Below are positions 14,951 through 22,778 of a DNA stretch of 24,394 nucleotides, piece by piece. Origin of the DNA: a virus (lineage: Duplodnaviria; Caudoviricetes). The stretch lies in IMG/VR virus record IMGVR_UViG_3300046000_011168, positions 1-24,394 of that record, one strand, 5' to 3'. Both the position numbers and the translations under genes were made by a program. The notes beneath the pieces were generated by a model. The model saw only the letters and a list, made by a program, of their open reading frames with translations. It searched no databases and had not been told where the DNA came from. How positions within the stretch are numbered: position 1 is the stretch's first letter; the number at the start of each line of letters is the position of its first letter.

Positions 14951-15831
14951 TTTTTCATCTCACTTACTCGGTCACATAATAATTTTTTTATATAATTTTT
15001 ATCATATATAGTACTTGTAGCTATAAAAAAACACACTCTATTGAGTTTTTTATTTATTTCTATTTTATTTTTAGTTGTTTCTGGTCTTAAACTACCATCT
15101 AGTTCTATATACAAGTCTAGGTCTTTTAAATACCAATCATATAATAAAGTATCGTAAGGATAAGGATATTTGGGTTCTACTTCATATGCATATTGATTAT
15201 GTAAATACTCATCACAAAAATAAGCCTCAGCAGAACTCCTGTATAAAACTCCGTCTAAACCCTTAGTAATATTACCATAACCGTTTTTTGTTGTAATAGG
15301 TAAATTAGCTTTTGCTATAGCATTATTCCAGGATTTAAAGTATTTATTAATTATATGACTATTTGGGTATTTTAACGTATTTGCTCTAAAATCTTTAGAC
15401 GTAGGTACTCTTTTGTATTGATGATAGAAATCAGTAATAGCTTGAATTATTAAGTTTTCTGTCCAAATAATTTTTTTTGACCCGACTAAATTATATATTT
15501 CTTCCCAATTTGTAAAGTATCTTTTTATTGTTGTAAAGGATGGAGCATTTTCTGAACTACTATTAGGAAATTTATTGTATTTGTTTATATACTCTTTAGT
15601 ATAGTTCATTATAGAATTTCTACACCAGGTATTATTTTTAACTTGTCTTGTGTTTTTTGGTATTCCGGCTTTTTCTAATCCCACATTCCAGCTACCGAAT
15701 CTATCTACAACTACCCAGCCACTTATGTATCCATTAGCTTTTGAAAATTCGTGTTTAGTCGGACTTCTACCATTTTTATGATAAAAATCAGACAAATGAG
15801 AAAGTATTTCTTCATCCGTGTATCTTGTCAT
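14947..15831 (-). mobile_element. Putative homing endonuclease gene: three endonuclease-associated repeats plus a PD-(D/E)xK-like domain
   Basis: Three repeats of the (W/Y)T.E.I...F....P....F..W pattern, then YRSSAEA...YDWYL...YIELDG; very AT-rich; ATGA overlaps at both ends. Confidence 0.75.
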
Positions 15832-16169
15832 TTGGGAGGAGTCTTTTTACTTCCTGTAGGGCTCCAAAGACGTCTACGTGCCCAATAGTTAGCACTAAAC
15901 TTATCATCTTTAGTTAAATTACCGGATTCATCACGAATACCTGCGCTACGTGCTAAATAGTTTTTACGTGCTTCGGCACTATAGTTGTGTCCGTATTCAC
16001 GGTGACCGTAGCGTACAACTTTAATCTCATCGCCTTTTTTAGCAAGAACTACTTCTTTATGCTGAGATCCTGAAGTATTGCGTTTAGGTTTGTTAAAACC
16101 TGCAAAACGTTCTCCACGATACTCAATACCCCCACTAGGTAGTCTTTTTACGTCTTTTGTTGTTGCCAT
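15828..16169 (-). CDS. Small basic protein
   Basis: 113 aa, Lys/Arg-rich (FAGFNKPKR...KVVRYG...ARKNYLARS...SANYWARRRLW). Confidence 0.85.
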   Translation of the reverse strand: MATTKDVKRLPSGGIEYRGERFAGFNKPKRNTSGSQHKEVVLAKKGDEIKVVRYGHREYGHNYSAEARKNYLARSAGIRDESGNLTKDDKFSANYWARRRLWSPTGSKKTPPK

Positions 16170-16263
16170 CTTTCTTTACCTCAACAGTCTTTGGTTTTTT
16201 AGGGCGAGCTTTTGAGGGCTTCTGCCCTAAAAAAGTTGACTGAAAACTAGGAGCGATACTCAT
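16135..16263 (-). CDS. Tiny Lys-rich protein (42 aa)
   Basis: Manual ORF MSIAPSFQSTFLGQKPSKARPKKPKTVEVKKDGNNKRRKKTT; ATGA-coupled to the upstream gene. Confidence 0.55.
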   Translation of the reverse strand: MSIAPSFQSTFLGQKPSKARPKKPKTVEVKKDGNNKRRKKTT

Positions 16264-16517
16264 TTCATTTTCCTGTAAGGACGTACTTTTTTAGCTATCT
16301 TTTCAGGCTGAGAAACAAACTGCTTTCCTTCTTTTGTGCCTTCTCGTTTTGCACGATTAGTAGCAGCTTTCTCTCCTGAAGAAAGAGCTTTCCACGCACG
16401 CTCTGGCAGATATCTACCTCTCTCTGTCCGTGGCTTATCTCCTTCTTTTTCAGACGAGTACTGCCATTTTTGCTCTGTCCAACGCTTTAATGAACGCTGA
16501 CTGGGTTTCAGAGCCAT
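16260..16517 (-). CDS. Small basic protein (C-terminal half of a DUF5872-like domain)
   Basis: QRSLKRWTEQKWQ...RYLPERAWKALSSGEKAATNRAKREG..GKQFV. Confidence 0.8.
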   Translation of the reverse strand: MALKPSQRSLKRWTEQKWQYSSEKEGDKPRTERGRYLPERAWKALSSGEKAATNRAKREGTKEGKQFVSQPEKIAKKVRPYRKMK

Positions 16518-16518
16518 T

Positions 16519-16671
16519 TTACTTCTTCTTTTTCTTTAAAATCGCAGCTTGAAGTGCAGGAGGTAGTTTTTTCTGACCGGCAGTAAGACCGTTAGTTGGC
16601 TTCTCTTCTTTACCGTTCATCATTTCTTTCTTACCATTTTTTCCGTTTTTACCATTTGGATGCATTGCCAT
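16519..16671 (-). CDS. Tiny Lys-rich protein (50 aa)
   Basis: Manual ORF MAMHPNGKNGKNGKKEMMNGKEKKPTNGLTAGQKKLPPALQAAILKKKKK with AAGGAG RBS. Confidence 0.8.
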   Translation of the reverse strand: MAMHPNGKNGKNGKKEMMNGKEEKPTNGLTAGQKKLPPALQAAILKKKKK

Positions 16672-16683
16672 TGTATTTCTCCT

Positions 16684-16842
16684 TTATGATTTGCCTCGGT
16701 GGCCTAAATCAATCTTTTTACCTTTATGAGGACCAGATTTTCGTGCTATTAACCCTCGAGCCACGAGTCTAGCTCTATTGGTAGAACCAATAGGCTTTCC
16801 TTCTTTATGTTTTTTTAGCAGCTCAGAATAGTTAATTTTCAT
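16684..16842 (-). CDS. Tiny basic protein (52 aa)
   Basis: MKINYSELLKKHKEGKPIGSTNRARLVARGLIARKSGPHKGKKIDLGHRGKS; TAATG-coupled start at 16842. Confidence 0.75.
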   Translation of the reverse strand: MKINYSELLKKHKEGKPIGSTNRARLVARGLIARKSGPHKGKKIDLGHRGKS

Positions 16843-17018
16843 TATTTTTTGTAACCGCCACCTGCGCGTTTGTATTCGCTCGCGAGCAGCTGCGCTTTTC
16901 TCGCGCTCCACTGACCGGGAGCACCGCCTTTATCGCCAGCTTTTATACGCTCAAAAATCTGCTTACGTAGAGTTGGTTTAGTGTAAACTCCAGCCTCATT
17001 TACCGTAGATTTCTTCAT
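16842..17018 (-). CDS. Tiny basic protein (58 aa; N-terminal half of a DUF5872-like domain)
   Basis: Manual ORF MKKSTVNEAGVYTKPTLRKQIFERIKAGDKGGAPGQWSARKAQLLASEYKRAGGGYKK. Confidence 0.85.
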   Translation of the reverse strand: MKKSTVNEAGVYTKPTLRKQIFERIKAGDKGGAPGQWSARKAQLLASEYKRAGGGYKK

Positions 17019-17145
17019 TCTTTACAACTCCATGCATTAGCGCTTTAGGCGTTTTCTGTATTTTATGCTTATTAGTAGAGCCTGCGTTTACGGGTGGAAT
17101 TTTTTTTAGTTTTTTGCTAGTTACTGGTTTGATAATCTTTCCCAT
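16996..17145 (-). CDS. Tiny Lys-rich protein (49 aa)
   Basis: Manual ORF MGKIIKPVTSKKLKKIPPVNAGSTNKHKIQKTPKALMHGVVKNEEIYGK. Confidence 0.65.
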   Translation of the reverse strand: MGKIIKPVTSKKLKKIPPVNAGSTNKHKIQKTPKALMHGVVKNEEIYGK

Positions 17146-17148
17146 AGC

Positions 17149-17373
17149 TTACTTCTTCCTAGCAGCGCGGGCTTTCATCATTGCAGCAGCTGCTACTCTA
17201 GCACCTGCTTCTTCACTGCCATACTGTTCAGCCGCAGAAGCAGCTATCTTAGAGAATTGCTTTCCCTTTTTACCAATATCTTTTCCGGCTACAGCCCGTT
17301 TGGCTAAAGAACTTCGTTCTTTTTTAGTAAGCATTTCCATGCCTGGGTGCTTAGAAGGTACTTTTTTTGCCAT
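17149..17373 (-). CDS. Small Lys/Ala-rich basic protein
   Basis: 74 aa with histone-H1-like composition; AGGAG RBS. Confidence 0.8.
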   Translation of the reverse strand: MAKKVPSKHPGMEMLTKKERSSLAKRAVAGKDIGKKGKQFSKIAASAAEQYGSEEAGARVAAAAMMKARAARKK

Positions 17374-17375
17374 GC

Positions 17376-17696
17376 TTAACTCCTACTCATATATGCACTA
17401 GATCCAAAGAATGTAGCTACTACACCTGCTTGTGCTATATAAAACATCTGCAGTAGGTTATCTAACGCACTAACACGTTCTGTGCTGATAAACGGAAGAA
17501 AGAGAATGATAGTAAAAACAACCATACTCATCATCGCTACCCACGCCATTTGACGTAGTTGGTCTTCTTTTGCGTCTTTATTTTCTAATTCAAGTATTTT
17601 TTCGGCGTTAGTCATTTCTTCATCAGAAACAATTCCATCACCGTCTGAGTCAAATTGATTGTACTTGCTATCAGCTTCTAGTTTTTTACCGGCCAA
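17376..17696 (-). CDS. Two-TM membrane protein with an EF-hand-like loop (holin-like candidate)
   Basis: DSDGDGIVSDEE loop, two hydrophobic helices, FFGSS C-terminal motif; TTG start with AGGAG RBS. Confidence 0.7.
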   Translation of the reverse strand: MAGKKLEADSKYNQFDSDGDGIVSDEEMTNAEKILELENKDAKEDQLRQMAWVAMMSMVVFTIILFLPFISTERVSALDNLLQMFYIAQAGVVATFFGSSAYMSRS

Positions 17697-17707
17697 TAGG
17701 TCTCTCC

Positions 17708-17899
17708 TTACTTTTTAGATTTACCTGCGGCAGAAAGGGCAATAGCAATAGCTTGTTTACGTTGTGCTTCACTTTTTGAAATGCCTTCTTCCTTAGCTAG
17801 GGTAGATACGGCTTTACGTCTGGTCTTGCCAGGTTTTTTCATTAATTCTTTTATGTTAGCGCTAATAGTGCGCTGACTAGAGCCACGTTTTAGAGGCAT
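17708..17899 (-). CDS. Small basic protein
   Basis: MPLKRGSSQRTISANIKELM...KQAIAIALSAAGKSKK. Confidence 0.8.
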   Translation of the reverse strand: MPLKRGSSQRTISANIKELMKKPGKTRRKAVSTLAKEEGISKSEAQRKQAIAIALSAAGKSKK

Positions 17900-17903
17900 T
17901 AGC

Positions 17904-18101
17904 TTACTCCCGTTCTAAGAACTCATAAGGTAAGTACTTTTGATATAGAGACCAGAAAAGCAGGTATTTAGGAAGAGTTAGCAGAGGATAGCTACGCTGA
18001 GCTCGAATTAAGCTGATAACTTTCTTCCTGTCCGTTTCCGATAAAGGCTGGTCTAATAATCGCTGAAATTGGCTTCTCGAGAGCCGTCTTACTTTTATCA
18101 T
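17904..18101 (-). CDS. Hypothetical protein (overlaps the PhoH tail)
   Basis: 65-aa ORF starting where the conserved PhoH domain ends. Confidence 0.55.
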   Translation of the reverse strand: MIKVRRLSRSQFQRLLDQPLSETDRKKVISLIRAQRSYPLLTLPKYLLFWSLYQKYLPYEFLERE

Positions 18102-18732
18102 CTGAATCTATGTATTTTAAAATATCTCTAACAAGAGCACTACGAACTACGTCAGAATTGTTATAACGAATAATATGCACACTCTCACACAGCTTTAGCT
18201 TTTCAATAGCCCACTGTAATCCGTTAGTGCCTTTTATATCGCTTTGAGTTAAGTCACCAGTAATTACTACTTTAACGTTTTCACCGAAACGAGTTAAAAA
18301 CATTCGCATCTGTTCGATAGTAGTATTTTGCGCTTCGTCTAAGATAATAAAGGCGTCTGAAAAAGTGCGACCACGCATAAAGGCTAAAGGTGCAATCTCT
18401 ATTTCGCCTGTTTGAGTAAGGTCTTGAACTCTTCTAGGGTTGCTAAGACTAATAAAAGCATCCATAAGAGGTAATAAGTATGGGTCTAGTTTTTCTTTTA
18501 TATCGCCTGGCAGAAACCCGATATCTTCGGTAGCAACTACAGGGCGTACAATAATAATTCTATCTACAAATGCGAATTCTAAGTATTCTAGTGCTTTAGC
18601 TGCTGCTAAGAAAGTTTTTCCGCTTCCCGCAGCTCCTGTAGCAAAGATAACATTTTTTTCTGTTACTGCGCTAATAAACTCACGCTGTTTTTTATTCTTT
18701 GGTTCGACGACAATGCTTTTTTTCTTGTTCAT
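17992..18732 (-). CDS. phoH: PhoH-like ATPase
   Basis: GAAGSGKT, GFLPGD, AFMRGRTF, DEAQN, LTRFGE, TGDLTQ and DVVRS motifs. Confidence 0.96.
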   Translation of the reverse strand: MNKKKSIVVEPKNKKQREFISAVTEKNVIFATGAAGSGKTFLAAAKALEYLEFAFVDRIIIVRPVVATEDIGFLPGDIKEKLDPYLLPLMDAFISLSNPRRVQDLTQTGEIEIAPLAFMRGRTFSDAFIILDEAQNTTIEQMRMFLTRFGENVKVVITGDLTQSDIKGTNGLQWAIEKLKLCESVHIIRYNNSDVVRSALVRDILKYIDSDDKSKTALEKPISAIIRPAFIGNGQEESYQLNSSSA

Positions 18733-18735
18733 TAA

Positions 18736-19440
18736 TTACCTATCCACCGGGAAACATAAAAAGTTTTCGGTTAACGTCTCTCTAATCTCGTATCCTAGAC
18801 TCTCTATTTGTCTTCGCAGTCTAGGCACATCAGATTTTAAAAACTCAATAAATATGATAGGCTTACATCTTTTAATTGTTTCTATGGCTCCCAAAAGAAC
18901 TTTTTCCTCCATGCCTTCAACATCTATCTTAAGCAAGTCTAGCCTCTCAAAGTTTAGAGAATCTAATTTTCTTACCGGAACTGCTTCGTATGTAGAAGTT
19001 GTTTGGCCGATGTACTCTTTGTTATTTTTTTGTGGATCAATCTCCACTCCACCATAGTTTGATACTAAAGAATAGTCAAAAATAGGTACAGGAATCACTG
19101 AATCTTCGTTACCTATAGCTAACTGATGACAGAACATATTCGAAAAACAATTTAACGCTATAGAACCACATACCATGTAGTACAGTGCTCTCTGCGGTTC
19201 AAAAGAGATAACAGTGCTATTAGGGTTAGCGTGCTTTAACTCAAAAGAAAACCATCCTAAGTTTGCGCCAACATCTACTATAACAGGAGCTGGCATGTCC
19301 CTAACAATTGCACTTAATCTATCTAAATGAGACTGGTCTATATGTTTTCTATGTTCTTTATAATAGAGACCTTGATTAGTATCAGTATTTAGTATAATGA
19401 GCTTGCCAAAATGAGTCTCAAGTATTTCTGTGTAGTGCAT
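18736..19440 (-). CDS. FkbM-family methyltransferase
   Basis: VDVGANLG, FEPQ and LLKIDVEGMEEKVLLGA motifs. Confidence 0.9.
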   Translation of the reverse strand: MHYTEILETHFGKLIILNTDTNQGLYYKEHRKHIDQSHLDRLSAIVRDMPAPVIVDVGANLGWFSFELKHANPNSTVISFEPQRALYYMVCGSIALNCFSNMFCHQLAIGNEDSVIPVPIFDYSLVSNYGGVEIDPQKNNKEYIGQTTSTYEAVPVRKLDSLNFERLDLLKIDVEGMEEKVLLGAIETIKRCKPIIFIEFLKSDVPRLRRQIESLGYEIRETLTENFLCFPVDR

Positions 19441-20116
19441 AATAACTCTTTATTCTATATTTTAATTCGGGTAAATAATGATGCGGACTTCCCGTAAACA
19501 CGGTGGAAGACCCATCTTCAACAGCCATAAGTATATAAAATCTATCTACTTGGGTATTAAATAACTTATTATGCGCGGTACAATAAAAAGTAGCTTGTAA
19601 ATAGTAGTCTTTTATCTGGCTAACTGTTTTCTTTTTTCTAGAAGTTTTGTAGTCTATTACAACTAACTTATCATTCCAGTAACCAACCCCGTCACACCTA
19701 CCAGCTATTTTAAGTTCTGAATCCCATACCACAAATTCCTGTGATACTGAACGAAAATTATTGGCAAGTAGATGTTTTATTAGCTCTACGGTCATAGTTC
19801 TAATAAAGGGTTTTTCTTCATTAAGTCCAGAAGAAGCTATAAAACTTTTGGCTTGCTCTTTGGTGGGACAGTCATACTCTTCGTATAAACGCTCTAGGTA
19901 ATTGTGAAGTATCGTACCACGCTCTGCGGCAGCCTCTTTTATTCTGTTAGCCTCTTCTTCTCCTATACTATCAATCCACCGTTGTAACCAAGTTTTATTT
20001 GCGGTAGCTCCTAGCATAGTTGTAATGCTAGGAAAGGTTCCTTCGGGAGTAGTGTACACTCGACCAGAAGGAGAGTCTATGTTAATTATTTCTCTACACT
20101 GATTATATGTTAGCAT
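19418..20116 (-). CDS. PD-(D/E)xK exonuclease (Cas4-like phage exonuclease)
   Basis: PSITTML, RGTILH, AGRCD, IDYKTS and YYLQATFY motifs; likely start MLTY at 20116. Confidence 0.88.
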   Translation of the reverse strand: MLTYNQCREIINIDSPSGRVYTTPEGTFPSITTMLGATANKTWLQRWIDSIGEEEANRIKEAAAERGTILHNYLERLYEEYDCPTKEQAKSFIASSGLNEEKPFIRTMTVELIKHLLANNFRSVSQEFVVWDSELKIAGRCDGVGYWNDKLVVIDYKTSRKKKTVSQIKDYYLQATFYCTAHNKLFNTQVDRFYILMAVEDGSSTVFTGSPHHYLPELKYRIKSYYALHRNT

Positions 20117-20146
20117 AATATTTATACTTTGGCAATCAAAAAATTT

Positions 20147-20180
20147 AAAAACCAAAGAGAACGTTAGCTCTCTTTGGTTT
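20147..20180 (-). terminator. Rho-independent terminator
   Basis: 12-bp inverted repeat AAACCAAAGAGA/TCTCTTTGGTTT with a T-run. Confidence 0.75.
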
Positions 20181-20183
20181 ATC

Positions 20184-20267
20184 TTACTTATTAGCTATTA
20201 TTTTCTTATACGCTAAGAGCGGTTTTTCAAATAATTCGTAGGCCTCTTCATCGGTATAGGGCCACAT
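20184..20267 (-). CDS. Micro-protein (27 aa)
   Basis: MWPYTDEEAYELFEKPLLAYKKIIANK, starting 4 nt after the upstream stop and ending just before the terminator. Confidence 0.5.
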   Translation of the reverse strand: MWPYTDEEAYELFEKPLLAYKKIIANK

Positions 20268-20271
20268 GGTG

Positions 20272-20499
20272 TTACTCTTTTTTGTCCTTGGTAGAAATAA
20301 AAGAATACATATCTATAGCCTTTTTCATCATATCATCAAAAGAGTATGGCTGAAAAGCTTTCATGTATTCATCAATCTGTATCTTACCAAGAGCTTGCAT
20401 TTTTTCTGCATAAATCATATTCATTTCAGCTTGCTTATCCATATATTCCTTGGCAAGTTGAAGAATTTCTCCGCGAATCTCAAAAGGGTTCTTGTTCAT
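20272..20499 (-). CDS. Hypothetical protein
   Basis: 75 aa, NPFEIR.EILQLAKEYM...MYSFIS; ATGA-coupled. Confidence 0.75.
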   Translation of the reverse strand: MNKNPFEIRGEILQLAKEYMDKQAEMNMIYAEKMQALGKIQIDEYMKAFQPYSFDDMMKKAIDMYSFISTKDKKE

Positions 20500-20702
20500 T
20501 TCATCGCCCTAGCCATAGCTTCACCAGTTGCGTTAGAATAAGCAGCAATAGACTTCATTGCGATTTTAGTAAATTGTGTTTGTGCGGCAATAAAATCATG
20601 GAGAGGCTTACTAATTTCTTTGTCTTTGACCCAAGTGTTTACCCATGAAGTTTTTGCATTCTGGATTGTATCAATCCACATATTTGTCATATATTCATTC
20701 AT
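20496..20702 (-). CDS. Small helical protein (phasin-like candidate)
   Basis: 68-aa amphipathic helix (IDTIQNAK...FIAAQTQFTK); AGGAG RBS. Confidence 0.65.
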   Translation of the reverse strand: MNEYMTNMWIDTIQNAKTSWVNTWVKDKEISKPLHDFIAAQTQFTKIAMKSIAAYSNATGEAMARAMK

Positions 20703-20724
20703 ATTAATTCTCCTGTGTTGTGTG

Positions 20725-21189
20725 TTAGTTTAATAGCCAATAGTTATAATTGAGTAAGGAGGCAAAACTTACCCAAGCAAGATAAGGTATAAACATTAAG
20801 CTAGCGGTACGATTTACTTTCCAAGCCACTACTACATAGCTAACAATAGATAGCCAGAGAGCAACTATATAGTAAAATGCTGCTTCAAGATTTTCAGCGC
20901 CTGAGAATACAGGAGTCCAGATAGTGTTGAGACCCATTTGTAAAGCCCAGAGAGAAATAGCTAGTGCGGTATATTTGTGAGGACTACTATGCAATAGTTT
21001 CCATGCACTAGTTGCTATTAAAAGATATAGAATAGTCCATACAGGTCCAAATAGCCAATTAGGGGGAGAAAAAGAGGGACTAACTAAACTAGTATACCAA
21101 ACGTTAGCGTCTCCCAGCGGGAACACAAAACTAGCAGAACTGGCTACTACAGTGCATAAGTATAGTATTACCCAAATTAAATATTTCAT
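20725..21189 (-). CDS. tspO: TspO/MBR tryptophan-rich sensory protein
   Basis: WYTSLVSPSFSPPNWLFGPVWTILY, LNTIWTPVF and PYLAWVSFASLLN motifs. Confidence 0.95.
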   Translation of the reverse strand: MKYLIWVILYLCTVVASSASFVFPLGDANVWYTSLVSPSFSPPNWLFGPVWTILYLLIATSAWKLLHSSPHKYTALAISLWALQMGLNTIWTPVFSGAENLEAAFYYIVALWLSIVSYVVVAWKVNRTASLMFIPYLAWVSFASLLNYNYWLLN

Positions 21190-21201
21190 TTAGACCTCAA
21201 G

Positions 21202-21231
21202 AAAAAACGAGGGGCTAACCGTAGCCCCTCG
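21202..21231 (-). terminator. Rho-independent terminator
   Basis: CGAGGGGCTA-CGGT-TAGCCCCTCG-TTTTTT on the minus strand. Confidence 0.85.
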
Positions 21232-21253
21232 CGTGCTTATTAAGTAGCAACCC

Positions 21254-21532
21254 TTAGCGATATGTAACGGTTTGATAAGCTACATCGCGAATTTGTGATC
21301 GAGTAATACCGATATCATTTAACTCTTTATCAGAGAGTCTAGAAAGCTCTTTGATAGTATGTTGAGCTTCATGACTCAGAACTCGATTACGAGCGTACTC
21401 TTCCCAAGCTTTCATAAGTTTTGAGCTCATAAACGCTTCAAAAAGATTAAGAATTTTCATATAACTACCTGTAACTGCTTCAGAGAGCGGTTTTTGAAGA
21501 TAGTTGTTTAGTGCTGTTACTAATTGTGTCAT
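21254..21532 (-). CDS. DUF1127 (YjiS-like) protein
   Basis: C-terminal ELSRLSDKELNDIGITRSQI motif. Confidence 0.88.
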   Translation of the reverse strand: MTQLVTALNNYLQKPLSEAVTGSYMKILNLFEAFMSSKLMKAWEEYARNRVLSHEAQHTIKELSRLSDKELNDIGITRSQIRDVAYQTVTYR

Positions 21533-21962
21533 GTGTGACTACCTCGCTTTTACCAATTGGAATTACACGAGGACGCATTTCTTCTGGAATTACGTACTTC
21601 AATTGAATTGCAAGTATGCCATCCTGAATGTCTGCTCCGCTAACGTGAACGTGTTCAGACAGCCTAAAGGTGCGCTGGAACTTTTTAGTAGAAATTCCGC
21701 GATGAATATACTGGCGACCTTGTGAAACGTGCTCACCTCTCACAACTAGAGTTCTATCTTTGACTTCAATAGTGAGTTCATCTTTATTAAAGCCTGCAAT
21801 AGCCAGCTCGATAAGGTATTCTCCCTCTCCTGTTTTTACGATATTATGAGGGGGGTAATGGTCGTTTGCTTGTTTTGCTACTCTATCTAGTTCATCTAAG
21901 AGGTGGTCAAAACCTACAAACGCTGAGCGCGGAAATAATGTATTTACAGTTAAGCCTGTCAT
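21480..21962 (-). CDS. Small heat-shock protein Hsp20 (IbpA-like)
   Basis: VGFDHL, YPPHNI, IELAIAGF, YIHRGIS.KKFQRTFRL, DGIL and IPEEMRPRVIPI motifs. Confidence 0.95.
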   Translation of the reverse strand: MTGLTVNTLFPRSAFVGFDHLLDELDRVAKQANDHYPPHNIVKTGEGEYLIELAIAGFNKDELTIEVKDRTLVVRGEHVSQGRQYIHRGISTKKFQRTFRLSEHVHVSGADIQDGILAIQLKYVIPEEMRPRVIPIGKSEVVTHDTISNSTKQLSSKTAL

Positions 21963-21990
21963 TTGCTTTCTCCTTTTTTAAGCAAGAAAA
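21963..21990 (-). promoter_or_regulatory. ROSE-like RNA thermometer hairpin occluding the Hsp20 Shine-Dalgarno
   Basis: UUUCUUGCUU pairs with AAGGAGAAA with a bulged G, the U(U/C)GCU:AGGA ROSE signature. Confidence 0.7.
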
Positions 21991-21994
21991 TATA

Positions 21995-22411
21995 TTAAGC
22001 CCCAAAATTTGGCAGCTTATCATTATCAACTACTAGCTTAATCTTACTATGAGCTACTAGTTGAGTTTCTCTAATAAATCGCTCTTCTTTAAGCTGGTTT
22101 ATTAGAAATCTCCAGGCAGATTCGAATTTAGCAGAATCTGCTTTATTTAGTTTTTGAAGGGCGCGGCCATGCGTGACTTCGTCACACACCAAAGCTGCGG
22201 CAACAAAAAGATTAACACTACCTATGTATCGAGTTAAATCTTCGTCGTCTTCTTCATACTCTTCATCTTCATCGTCGTCATCTGATACTTCTCGAGGGTC
22301 TACTAATTCAAAAGAGCTATGGCTAATAGACTCTTGTTCCTCGTAGAAAATATCTACCGGGTCAGACAATAAAATTTTTTTTACGTAGTCTACTAAGTTT
22401 TGTTCTATCAT
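21995..22411 (-). CDS. Hypothetical protein with acidic tract
   Basis: Likely start MIEQ at 22411 (ATGA overlap); DDDDEDEEYEEDDED tract. Confidence 0.75.
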   Translation of the reverse strand: MIEQNLVDYVKKILLSDPVDIFYEEQESISHSSFELVDPREVSDDDDEDEEYEEDDEDLTRYIGSVNLFVAAALVCDEVTHGRALQKLNKADSAKFESAWRFLINQLKEERFIRETQLVAHSKIKLVVDNDKLPNFGA

Positions 22412-22722
22412 CTCAACCAAGAGGCTAAAAGAGCTAAACCGCCAGTCACTAAACCTCCAATCACCCAAAGGGTGCGAAGACTAGTTTTACCTTGAGTTGC
22501 AAGTTCTTGCAGTGCACTAATATGCCGCAGAATTTCTGCCATATCTGTAGAGATTTGCTCTTCTAAGGTATCTAGACGATTCTCCAACCTCTCAAAACGT
22601 TCTATCATGTTTTGATGGCGTTCTGCACGAGTTGCATCTTCTACTTTAAGAGTAGTCTCAGCTTCTTGCAGGCGCTTAGAGATATCTTTTAAGTCTTCTC
22701 TGAGGTTAGAGAGTTCGTCCAT
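22408..22722 (-). CDS. Coiled-coil protein with C-terminal TM helix
   Basis: Heptad-rich N-terminus, hydrophobic LWVIGGLVTGGLALLASW tail; AGGAG RBS. Confidence 0.75.
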   Translation of the reverse strand: MDELSNLREDLKDISKRLQEAETTLKVEDATRAERHQNMIERFERLENRLDTLEEQISTDMAEILRHISALQELATQGKTSLRTLWVIGGLVTGGLALLASWLR

Positions 22723-22746
22723 AGGCTTTCTCCTAGTTATACTATT

Positions 22747-22775
22747 ATTATATAGTAGTAACCTTTTAAAGTCAA
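22747..22775 (-). promoter_or_regulatory. Sigma70-like promoter
   Basis: TTGACT-17 nt-TATAAT. Confidence 0.75.
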
Positions 22776-22778
22776 AAA

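Noticed and set aside
18440-19057. 205-aa plus-strand ORF and other short plus-strand ORFs in the track
   Set aside because: Antisense to well-supported minus-strand genes, without RBS or motifs.
19418-20116. CRISPR-Cas locus suggested by the Cas4-like nuclease
   Set aside because: No repeat-spacer array or other cas genes; stand-alone exonucleases of this type are common in phages.
20119-20126. T4-type late promoter TATAAATA
   Set aside because: Only one intergenic instance noticed in AT-rich sequence; the other promoters look sigma70-like.
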